Of a DNA stretch of 64,000 bases, positions 39,789 to 48,591 are shown in pieces. Made by a program: the position numbers and the translations under genes. The stretch is from Candidatus Poribacteria bacterium. GTDB taxonomy: Bacteria; Poribacteria; WGA-4E; PCPOR2b. The notes beneath the pieces were generated by a model that saw nothing but the letters and a program-made list of their open reading frames with translations, was not told the origin of the DNA and ran no database searches. Position 1 is the first letter of the stretch; each line of letters begins with the position of its first letter. The stretch spans positions 544,001 through 608,000 of the forward strand of contig OZ242351.1 of assembly GCA_965208675.1 (NCBI GenBank). The letters are read 5' to 3'.

Positions 39789-40865
39789 ATGAATATTCGT
39801 CAATTCCTAAGGCCGGATCTCTCTAATCTAAATCCCTATCACGTCGAACAGCCGCCCCACCGAATCAAGCTCGATGCAAATGAGTCCCCCTTTGACCTAC
39901 CACCAGAACTTCGAGCAGCTATTGCAAACGAGATGAAAAATCTCCAATTTCAACGCTACCCGGATCCGAATTCAGATGAATTGAGAACAAAACTTTCTGA
40001 ATTTTTGGGTGTTGATAAAGGGCACATTGTTGTAGGCAATGGATCCGACGAACTAATCGGTTATTTCGTACTTGCCTTTGGGCGGACAGATGCTTGTGTC
40101 TCCTTCCCAACCCCGACGTTCGCAATGTATCACATCTTAGCTCGAATTGCAGGGTTAAAGGCGGTTGGATTGCCGCTGGACGAACACTTTACTCTAAATG
40201 ATGACGCGTGGCAAGCACATTTGGATGCCAACAGACTGAATTTAGCATTTATCTCATACCCGAACAACCCTACGAGCAACACTTTTTCCGCTGAAGTTAT
40301 CCGCAAGACGCTCGCCCGGTCCGATGCACTTGTTGTTCTCGATGAGGCGTACTATGAGTTTTCCGGGAAGACATTTTTCGGCGTATTAAATCGGCACCCC
40401 AATTTGGTTATTGCACGCACTTTTTCAAAGGCCTACGGACTTGCTGGGTTGCGCATCGGTTACTTGATTGCTCACCCGGAGATTATCAATGAAATCAACA
40501 AAGTTCGGCTGCCCTACAATCTAAACCGCTTTTCGCAATTGGCTGCGATGCTTTTATTGAAACAACACGTACGGCAGGCGCAGAAATCTCAATTTTCATC
40601 ACAAATCCAATCGATTATCAAGGAGCGCGATCGCGTTTATGCGGCGTTGCAAGTTTTGGATGGCATTTATCCGTTCCCCACGGATGCTAACTTTATTCTC
40701 TTTCGGACGGAATCGGACGCCGATAAATGGTTCCAGCACCTGCTGGATTGCGGAATTCTCGTCCGCAACCTCAGTCGTCCGGGGCCGCTTCAAAACTGTT
40801 TACGCGTTACAATCGGCACACCCGCGGCGAACACCCAGTTTCTGGACGCATTGGCTTCCTATTGA
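39789..40865 (+). CDS. hisC: Histidinol-phosphate aminotransferase
   Basis: LDANE.P, RYPD, GNGSDE, PNNPT, DEAYYEF, RTFSKAYGLAGLRIG, LRVTIG. Confidence 0.96.
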   Translation: MNIRQFLRPDLSNLNPYHVEQPPHRIKLDANESPFDLPPELRAAIANEMKNLQFQRYPDPNSDELRTKLSEFLGVDKGHIVVGNGSDELIGYFVLAFGRTDACVSFPTPTFAMYHILARIAGLKAVGLPLDEHFTLNDDAWQAHLDANRLNLAFISYPNNPTSNTFSAEVIRKTLARSDALVVLDEAYYEFSGKTFFGVLNRHPNLVIARTFSKAYGLAGLRIGYLIAHPEIINEINKVRLPYNLNRFSQLAAMLLLKQHVRQAQKSQFSSQIQSIIKERDRVYAALQVLDGIYPFPTDANFILFRTESDADKWFQHLLDCGILVRNLSRPGPLQNCLRVTIGTPAANTQFLDALASY

Positions 40866-40878
40866 AAGGCGGTTTCTC

Positions 40879-41349
40879 GTGAAAATAAACCTCAGAAATG
40901 AGTCGGAACATTCCAATGAAAAGATTCATCGGAGACTGTTGCCCTTCTATATGAGACCAACCGTCTTGGTTGTATTTGTGTTAATTTCCGTGGTTGGACA
41001 GGTTCTGTGGATAGCTGGCATCACGATTGTCGGCGAAGTCCATTTGTGGGGGTGCAGTTTCGCGTTCGCATTTGGAATTATCCTCGGCTATATCCACGGG
41101 AAATGGATGGCACGGATGTGGGCTCGCGATTATTTGCGTGTGATAAATCGAGAGATTTCGTTTTGGCAGGCGAAAGGCGGAAAGGGAACTTCTATATTTG
41201 TGGTGCTTGCGCTAGGCATTCCCATTTTATGTGTGGCATTCACACGGCTGTCGTTCGACGCATTGGCTGCGGTACAATCATACATTTTCGGTTTTATCGG
41301 CGGGACGAATTTCGCGGTTTGTTCGTGGGTGCGAACCTTGCCGAAATAG
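40879..41349 (+). CDS. Hypothetical four-TM membrane protein
   Basis: GTG start just after hisC; four hydrophobic segments. Confidence 0.65.
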   Translation: MKINLRNESEHSNEKIHRRLLPFYMRPTVLVVFVLISVVGQVLWIAGITIVGEVHLWGCSFAFAFGIILGYIHGKWMARMWARDYLRVINREISFWQAKGGKGTSIFVVLALGIPILCVAFTRLSFDALAAVQSYIFGFIGGTNFAVCSWVRTLPK

Positions 41350-41561
41350 GATTGGTGAATTAAGTGATTTCACGCCGCAATTGTTGTTCGCACTCTGAAA
41401 ATTGGACTTAAGCAGTTGATGGATTGGGTGTCGAAATTCGAAACTCCGTCACGGATGCGGTGCAAGATAACCCGTCCAAAATGGGCGCAAAGTCTGACAA
41501 TGCCCTTCGACGAATTATGAATCGGGCAACTTCAATCTAAAGGGCGAAAGACTTGATTATG

Positions 41562-43118
41562 TTAAGAATCTGACGGTCGGCGGCATTGCCTTTCCGCTAT
41601 CCATAACGTCACGAATGAGAGAAGCGTCGAGATCAAAACCAAGCGATACGCGCTTGCCTCCCAACCGATTGTAAAATAGTTGAATATCGCCAAGGACAAG
41701 GTCTGCGTTTTTCCTGGAATGTTCCCGGCTACCATCATAGTCGCACCGAACTCGCCGAGACTCTTAGAAAAAGCGAGTATTCCGCCACCCACAATACCGC
41801 GATAGGACAAAGGTAGAGTCACGGTGAAAAACACTTTCAATGGGTGCGCACCGAGAGTCCGCGCAGCGCTTTCTAACTTCGGACTCACTCCTTCCATAGC
41901 CGTCACAGCACTTCGGACAAATAGTGGAAATGAAATCACGGAAATCGCGAGTACAACCGCGGCCCACGAGAAGACAACCTCTTTGCCCAATAGTCGGTAT
42001 AAAATGCTTCCAACCGGTCCCGCCCTGCTAAATAGCATCAATAGAAAATACCCGCTTACTACCGGCGGCAGTATTAGGGGCAACATCACAATCGTATTGA
42101 GGAGCGATTTTCCTCGAAACGAGTTTTTCGCCAAAACCCAACTGACGAAAAGTCCGGGCGGGAGAATGAAAATGAGACTGATAATAGCTACTTTGACCGA
42201 TAGAATCAAGGCCTCAACTTCAGCTCTTTTAACGGTCAATAGAAGGTCGGAAGTGCTTACCTCTACGCCTTTATGCACACCATTCGGTACACGCTGGACA
42301 GATTGCGCGATTGAAAAACCATACCTTTCAAATATTTCAGTGGCTTCTGATGTATTTAAGTATGCTAGGAATACCTGCGCCAGTGCTTTATGGTTGGTAG
42401 TTTTCATGATTGCGGCGGGATACACAATTGGACTGTGGCTCGAACTGGGAAATTGATAAATCTCCTTGACCAATTCGCTGATCGCTGCCTCGGTCTTATA
42501 GACTATCCCCAAATCTACTTCACCAGATTCTACATACGCCAATGTAGACCGAACATCTGTACCGATAATTAACTTGGTCTGAACAGATTCCCAAATTCCT
42601 AAACGCGACAAAGCTTCTCTGCCATATATGCCTGCAGGCACCGAATGCGGTTCGCCTATAGCAATACGTTCAATTGGCGGTGCAGCAAGCATCCGTGCAT
42701 CGGAGGCGGAAGTCATGCCGTTCAAAGGGGCAATCAATACAAGACTATTGGTCAAGAGATTTCGGCGTGTATCCTCGTGAACGCGCTTTTCTGTTTGAAG
42801 GGAATCCATTTGCTTGGGGCTGGCGCAAATAAAAATATCTGTGTATGCGCCTTTTTCAATCTGCTGCTGCAAGGTCGATGAACCCGCGAAACTGCAATAT
42901 ATTCGAATTCCAGTCTCCGATTGAAAGCGCTTACTGATTTCAGATAGCGCATCTGTCAAGCTAATTGCTGCAAATACGACTAACTCTCCTTGCCGGGTTG
43001 GCTTTTGTGCCGCCCCACTATCATGTTCGAATTCAAAATGGCTATCGGCTCTGCAACCGGGCGGGAAAAGCCAAAGAAGATTAAGAATTATGAAGACTAC
43101 AACGAGGCGCGAATTCAT
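41562..43118 (-). CDS. modAB: Fused molybdate ABC transporter substrate-binding protein (ModA) and permease (ModB)
   Basis: ModA motifs (VFAAISL, FAGSSTL, N.LVLI, P.SVPAG.Y, VY.T.A, I.YP) run in frame into ModB motifs (LPLILPPVVSG, LE.AARTLGA, F..SLGEFGAT.MVAGNIPG.TQT). Confidence 0.93.
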   Translation of the reverse strand: MNSRLVVVFIILNLLWLFPPGCRADSHFEFEHDSGAAQKPTRQGELVVFAAISLTDALSEISKRFQSETGIRIYCSFAGSSTLQQQIEKGAYTDIFICASPKQMDSLQTEKRVHEDTRRNLLTNSLVLIAPLNGMTSASDARMLAAPPIERIAIGEPHSVPAGIYGREALSRLGIWESVQTKLIIGTDVRSTLAYVESGEVDLGIVYKTEAAISELVKEIYQFPSSSHSPIVYPAAIMKTTNHKALAQVFLAYLNTSEATEIFERYGFSIAQSVQRVPNGVHKGVEVSTSDLLLTVKRAEVEALILSVKVAIISLIFILPPGLFVSWVLAKNSFRGKSLLNTIVMLPLILPPVVSGYFLLMLFSRAGPVGSILYRLLGKEVVFSWAAVVLAISVISFPLFVRSAVTAMEGVSPKLESAARTLGAHPLKVFFTVTLPLSYRGIVGGGILAFSKSLGEFGATMMVAGNIPGKTQTLSLAIFNYFTIGWEASAYRLVLISTLLSFVTLWIAERQCRRPSDS

Positions 43119-43195
43119 AGTGTTTTGTCCGCTTGCAGGATACTAGTAGTAACCACCTAGTTAGCTTTTTATGCCTAAAAACTGGCATGTTTCAG

Positions 43196-43224
43196 AGCAT
43201 ACAAAAAAAATAGCGCCCTGTCAA
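43196..43224 (-). promoter_or_regulatory. Sigma-70 promoter of modAB with a T8 tract in the spacer
   Basis: Minus strand TTGACA-GGGCGCTA-T8-G-TATGCT (17-bp spacer). Confidence 0.65.
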
Positions 43225-43426
43225 TTTAGAAAAATTCATGATTGCATGAGTTGCAAGCGTATTACATGATTTTTACATCGCAATTTAAAGTCGGGCAGGG
43301 GAGTGCTGATTCTATTTTGCTTGCAACCTACCTCGTGCTCTGCTAAACTTGCTTTATCCGTTGACGAGAGTAACAAGAAGGTGTGCCAATCACCAATTAA
43401 ATCAGTACTGATATAATGCAGATGCA

Positions 43427-45100
43427 ATGAAACAGATAATCTTATCCACTGCACTTATCCTTGAGTTTATAATTTTTGACGCCTCGTCATTGCGAGCGCA
43501 ACCTAGGGACACTTCGGCGTGGTGGCTGGTCGTCAGTCCCACTACCGACTATCGTACTCAAAGTTACCTTGATGCACTCGTGGACTTGCTGAAGGAACGG
43601 GGTAAAGTGCCGACCGGACAGGTTTCCCGCCTCGAAGGAGAAAAATGTACGCGCGGAGGCGTGCGGACAGCAATTGCAAATATGGCCAGAAAAATGCAAA
43701 AAGGAGACCGTCTAATTTTTTTATATCGGGGATTTGTTACAAAACCGCACCGATTAAATGCAATCTACTTTTTGACACATGGAGCGACATCCGATAATTA
43801 CAAAAGTGGATTTGAAATTCGGCAATTGAATGATTGGATGCACAAATTGACGGACGCCTCAATGTTAGTCATTATTGACGGTTTTACCAACGATCGAAAC
43901 TTGATGGCGTTTTACGCCAACCGCGAGGCACCTGGAGATGCAGCTTACGTGTCGATTCAGCCGGCAGCGAAAAACGCTGCTCACGAATTTACGAAATATT
44001 TGCTGGTATTCCTTCAAAATGACACAGCGGACCTGGATGAGAATCGGCGAATCTCAATTGGAGAACTCCACGAATATATCACAACCCACGCGCCGCCTCA
44101 ACCAGGAATCCTGGCGCCAACAGGAAACATTGAGGCAACCATCTTGAAATTGAGTCCTATGCTCAGCATCGTTACTATCCCTGACGGCGCGTCAATCCTT
44201 CTCAACGGAATACAATCTGGACCAACGCCTTATCACCTTGTTGACAACCTCAAGGGTGGAATCTATGAAGTCGAAGTACGGAAAGCGGGTTATATAATCC
44301 CTCCTCCTCAATCTACCGAAGTTAAATTGGTTCAAGGTCAGGCAACTCGTCTGTCGTGGGATTTTGAATCAATCGCAGTTTTTGGCGATGTCAAGGCTTC
44401 TGACGGCACTGCCCTTGAGGAAATTAGCGTGTGGATTGACGAGACAGAATACGAGCGAAAGAAGCAAATTATCGGAGAGAATCAACGTTACCGGCTATTT
44501 GCAAACGTCACCAATGTGTCTAGTGATAAGCGGGTTGACACGCAAATACTGGAACCGAACCGGACATATTCCTTGCGTGCCGAGAGTGGTAGTTTCTACC
44601 ACGTAGAAAAGGCCTTCACGCTACCAAGGTATGAATCCACTCGGCAAGATTTAACTCTAGAAAAAATGACTTGGTTTGAGGTTGCCCAGATGCGGTTTAA
44701 TCGTGAGGAATTTGAGGAGTCCGTCGCTGCGTTTCAAAACGGTGTTGAGGAAACAACTGAATTTCCAGCAATTACCCCGGCGTTCACACAGATGCTTTTT
44801 GAATGGTTCTCGTCAGCGGTTGACAGACAAACTGATGAAATTAACGCCGCACACGTACTTGCGGCGGCAAAGTTGGCGGATCGACTTAACCTCCGCGAAC
44901 ATTCCAAGATTTACTGGACGCACGTAAAGTCAATCACCGTGAAAGGAAGCCAGGATTACATTCGTGCAACCGAGCGATTAAGAAATCTGAATATGTCGCG
45001 GTATCTGATTAATATTAGCATCATATTTGTGTTGCTCGTTGTTTTGATATCCGGGGTTTTTACGTTTAGTAGGCATCGCCGTAAAGCCCGTAATGGATAA
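43427..45100 (+). CDS. Signal peptide, caspase-like (peptidase C14-fold) domain lacking His/Cys, PEGA domain, helical region and C-terminal TM anchor
   Basis: L.GEKCTR..V..AI...GDRLIFLYRGF, LVIIDGF, F...LL..L...ADLDENRRISIGEL.EYI. PEGA: T.PDGA.I.LNG...G.TP..L..L..G.Y.VEV.K.GY. Ends in a TM followed by RHRRK. Confidence 0.75.
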   Translation: MKQIILSTALILEFIIFDASSLRAQPRDTSAWWLVVSPTTDYRTQSYLDALVDLLKERGKVPTGQVSRLEGEKCTRGGVRTAIANMARKMQKGDRLIFLYRGFVTKPHRLNAIYFLTHGATSDNYKSGFEIRQLNDWMHKLTDASMLVIIDGFTNDRNLMAFYANREAPGDAAYVSIQPAAKNAAHEFTKYLLVFLQNDTADLDENRRISIGELHEYITTHAPPQPGILAPTGNIEATILKLSPMLSIVTIPDGASILLNGIQSGPTPYHLVDNLKGGIYEVEVRKAGYIIPPPQSTEVKLVQGQATRLSWDFESIAVFGDVKASDGTALEEISVWIDETEYERKKQIIGENQRYRLFANVTNVSSDKRVDTQILEPNRTYSLRAESGSFYHVEKAFTLPRYESTRQDLTLEKMTWFEVAQMRFNREEFEESVAAFQNGVEETTEFPAITPAFTQMLFEWFSSAVDRQTDEINAAHVLAAAKLADRLNLREHSKIYWTHVKSITVKGSQDYIRATERLRNLNMSRYLINISIIFVLLVVLISGVFTFSRHRRKARNG

Positions 45101-45203
45101 TGTTGTTTATGTTCAAATTCTCTTCCTACTCCCTGTTTCCCATGGTCAGGCCATGCCTCTCATTCCTTTACCGGTAGTACGTCGCGGGGGTACCAAATAA
45201 TGC

Positions 45204-45232
45204 TTGAAAACAGTATGAGGCAATGATATAAT
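45204..45232 (+). promoter_or_regulatory. Sigma-70 promoter of the TPR/beta-barrel unit
   Basis: TTGAAA-17-TATAAT. Confidence 0.65.
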
Positions 45233-45262
45233 AGCCTCTGTATTAAGACTGCGGGCTCATGT

Positions 45263-48200
45263 TTGGGGAGCAAAAGAATTGTGTGTTGGTTTAGTAAATT
45301 CCTCACGATTGCCTTTATATTCACGTGGATAGTTTTCCCCGCGAACGCCGGAGAACGCGAGGAATATTCTTTCGCTTACAGTTTCTTTGAAAAGCAGGCT
45401 TACGGCATTGCAAAAGATCGGTTCAAATCCTTCCTTCGGGAATATCCAAATAGTGAAAACGCCGACCATGCTCGCTTTCTAATGGCTGAATGCGCGCTGC
45501 AGCTCAAGGGATATGACGAAGCGATCCAATATTATAAACAGCTTCAAATTGACCATCCGGCTAGTCCACTGCGTATAGATGCAGCGTTTGGCGTAGCGAC
45601 TGCTTGGTTTCGGCAAGGCAAATTTGAAGAAGCCATTAAAGCCTTCGAAAAAGTTATCGAAGAATCACCTGATGAACAACAGATTTCCCAATGTCTTTAT
45701 CTCATTGGAGAGGCTTACGATAATTTAGGTCTTTACCAGAAAGCGGGTGAATTTTACAACCGTATCCTTACAAAATTTCCTAAGTCGTCAAAAGTCAAAG
45801 ATGCACTTTATTCAATGGCCTGGAGTCTTTACCGCCTTAAGAAATATCAAGCCGCCTATGACGTGTTTACACGTTTCATCAACACTTATTCCAATCACTA
45901 CGCTGTTGTAGAGGCCACCTACCGCGCTGCGGAATCGCTTTTCAATTTGGGAGTTTGGGCAGATGCCCAAACCGCATACCAGGATTTTCTCAACACCTAC
46001 GGTAAAGATGACCAACACCGGCAATTCACTATAATTGCTAGGTTTAAGTTGGGTGAGTGCTACTTTCAACAACAGTTGATGAACGAAGCCAAGGAGACGT
46101 TTCAACTTCTTCTACAGGAGCATGGAACATCGCCCATTGCCGTAGAAGCGCAATACTGGATCGCAGAAATACTGTTGGAGCGGGAAAAGTACGCTGAAGC
46201 CATTTATGAATATGGGAAAATTATCAACCTTCATCCTAAGAGCCATGTTGTTGACGACGCCCAGTTTGGGATTGCCATGGCCCATTTTCGCCAAGGGGAC
46301 TATGTCAAAGCGCGGACGCAGTTTAAGGTTGTCGCAGATAATCTACGATCCGATCTCGCGGATGCCGCGCGGTTTCGAATCGGGGAGTGCTTCCGGTTAC
46401 AGCGTGAATTTAATTCTGCAATCCTCAACTATAAGAAAGTGCGCCCCGGATCGTCATATACGCCGGATGCACTTTACGCATTAGGCACAAGCGCGTTTGA
46501 ACTGCGGGATTATTCACAAGCCGCCCTTACTTTCGATGAACTGCTTCAATCTTATGATGCTAACCCGCTTAAACCGTACGCGCTTTACCACTTGGGTTTT
46601 ACCTATTTTTATCAGGAGGAATACCAGCAAAGTGTAGTAGCTTTCGATCGTTTTTTCGGGGAGGCAGGCAGCGTTGAGTTCGAAACTGCCCCACATGATG
46701 AAGCGCTATTCTGGAAAGCCCGAGCACAATATGAACTTGGGAACTATTCGGAAGCAACTCAAACCTTTGAACGGTTGCTTCAAGAGTTTCCAAACTCACG
46801 ACAATCTGAAGCAGAACTTTATATCGCCGAAAGCATCTTTTGGAATCAGCAAAACCAAAGCGGTTTTCAATCTGCACGGGAAAAATACCAGAACCTTCTA
46901 GATAAACACCCGGAGGAGCAATGGGCGGAGAAAAGTCAATATGGAATTGGATGGACCCATTTCTCTCAAGCAACCCTGTCAGTGGAAGAAGCAACGGCTG
47001 CAAAACATTACCATTCAGCTATTGATGCATGGGAGAAAGTTGTCAAAAATCACCCGACCGGTCAATTCGCCGACCAAGCGCAGTACCATATCGGGGTTGC
47101 CCATATTAATCTTAAGCAATACAATGACGCAATTGACGCCTTCCATCTGCTCATTGCGGATTATCCAGGAAGCAACTGGCGCGATGATGCTCGCTATCAC
47201 ACCGGGCAATCGCTGTATAAACAAGAAAAATACGAAAACGCTATCATCGCTTTTGAAAAAATGCTCGAAAGGCATTCAGGATCTCAGTTCGTTCCTAAAG
47301 CGGTTTTTGGTATCGCCAATTCCTATTTTAAGCAGGGGATATTTACGAAAGCTATCGAAAATTACGAACGGGTCGTCAATGAATTTCCAAATCCCATTCC
47401 TGAGCCAGGTACGGAGCAAATAATCGATCTCCGTCCCGAAGCACAATACTACATCGCGGAAAGCTATCTGAGCCTTCGGGATAACTCGGAGGCGATAAAC
47501 GCATACGGTAAGGTGATTCAGCATTTTCCAGGGAGCGAGTGGGCAGATGATGCACAATATGGGGTCGCGTTGGCATTCGAAAACCTAGGGCAGAAAGAGA
47601 AAGCCATACAAGCTTATCGGACACTCATAAAGAGGTACGCAAGCGGCGATCTTGCTCCGGACGCACAAATTAAAATTGCCGGCTTCTACTACCAAGATAA
47701 AGATTATACCCGCGCCATAGCCGAGTATCAAGAAGCAATAAACCGGTATCCGAATACACAAGAATCATGGCTGGCTCAATACAACATTGGAAAATCATAC
47801 ATCGCACTATCGTCTTATCGACAGGCTATAAAGGCTTTTGAACGAGTAGATCCTAGAAGTGATATTGCTGCTACGGCAGCGTACGAAATTGGCTTCGCCT
47901 GGTATGACAAAAAGAACCCAGGGAGGAACCTTGGAAATGCTGCCAATGCGCTGCGCAAGGTTGCTCAAGAATTTCCTAACAACCCTGACGCGCCGCGCGC
48001 TCTATCACTCGCCGGTAAGTGTTATCAGGAGATAGCGGAATGGGACAAGGCGGTTAGCGTGTTTCAGCAGATTATAGACATCTATCCACGTTCGGAGGAT
48101 GCGAATCGGGCACAACTTGAATTAGGAAATACCTATTTCACGCAGGGGAAATACCAAAACGCAGTTGCAGCGTATGATGTTATCCGCAAGAAGGGGACGG

Positions 48201-48547
48201 ACGAATTCCCGATTGATATCGTCATCGACGCTGTGTTGAGACTAGCGGAATCGCAGTTAAGCCTGGGCAATCATAAGGATGGTGCAATTACTTATCTTCG
48301 TATCTCTTTGCTGTACAAGCATTACGATCCCCTCATTACGCTAAATGCAACTGTTCGTGCAGCTAACGCTTTTACGGCTGCCGGCGAGGATTATGTGGCC
48401 AAGGACACCTATGAAGATGCCATTAAATTTTATGAGGCGAATGCTTCAACGATACAGGACTCCAAAACTAGGGACGATTGGGAAAAGTTATACGACACTG
48501 CAATGAAAAAACTAGACCAAATTATCCGTCAAATTGAGCAAGAATGA
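45263..48547 (+). CDS. Large periplasmic TPR protein (CpoB/BamD-like TPR repeats, more than 20 units)
   Basis: Signal peptide followed by continuous A.Y..G..YY....Y..A...F..L...YP.S repeats. Confidence 0.93.
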   Translation: MGSKRIVCWFSKFLTIAFIFTWIVFPANAGEREEYSFAYSFFEKQAYGIAKDRFKSFLREYPNSENADHARFLMAECALQLKGYDEAIQYYKQLQIDHPASPLRIDAAFGVATAWFRQGKFEEAIKAFEKVIEESPDEQQISQCLYLIGEAYDNLGLYQKAGEFYNRILTKFPKSSKVKDALYSMAWSLYRLKKYQAAYDVFTRFINTYSNHYAVVEATYRAAESLFNLGVWADAQTAYQDFLNTYGKDDQHRQFTIIARFKLGECYFQQQLMNEAKETFQLLLQEHGTSPIAVEAQYWIAEILLEREKYAEAIYEYGKIINLHPKSHVVDDAQFGIAMAHFRQGDYVKARTQFKVVADNLRSDLADAARFRIGECFRLQREFNSAILNYKKVRPGSSYTPDALYALGTSAFELRDYSQAALTFDELLQSYDANPLKPYALYHLGFTYFYQEEYQQSVVAFDRFFGEAGSVEFETAPHDEALFWKARAQYELGNYSEATQTFERLLQEFPNSRQSEAELYIAESIFWNQQNQSGFQSAREKYQNLLDKHPEEQWAEKSQYGIGWTHFSQATLSVEEATAAKHYHSAIDAWEKVVKNHPTGQFADQAQYHIGVAHINLKQYNDAIDAFHLLIADYPGSNWRDDARYHTGQSLYKQEKYENAIIAFEKMLERHSGSQFVPKAVFGIANSYFKQGIFTKAIENYERVVNEFPNPIPEPGTEQIIDLRPEAQYYIAESYLSLRDNSEAINAYGKVIQHFPGSEWADDAQYGVALAFENLGQKEKAIQAYRTLIKRYASGDLAPDAQIKIAGFYYQDKDYTRAIAEYQEAINRYPNTQESWLAQYNIGKSYIALSSYRQAIKAFERVDPRSDIAATAAYEIGFAWYDKKNPGRNLGNAANALRKVAQEFPNNPDAPRALSLAGKCYQEIAEWDKAVSVFQQIIDIYPRSEDANRAQLELGNTYFTQGKYQNAVAAYDVIRKKGTDEFPIDIVIDAVLRLAESQLSLGNHKDGAITYLRISLLYKHYDPLITLNATVRAANAFTAAGEDYVAKDTYEDAIKFYEANASTIQDSKTRDDWEKLYDTAMKKLDQIIRQIEQE

Positions 48548-48591
48548 GTAAAAACCGCGATCCCAAGACCAAGTCGATATGAGACAAACCT

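Noticed and set aside
43119-43195. Moco riboswitch or ModE box upstream of modAB
   Set aside because: The predicted leader is only about 70 nt, too short for the Moco RNA motif, and no ModE-like palindrome is recognisable.
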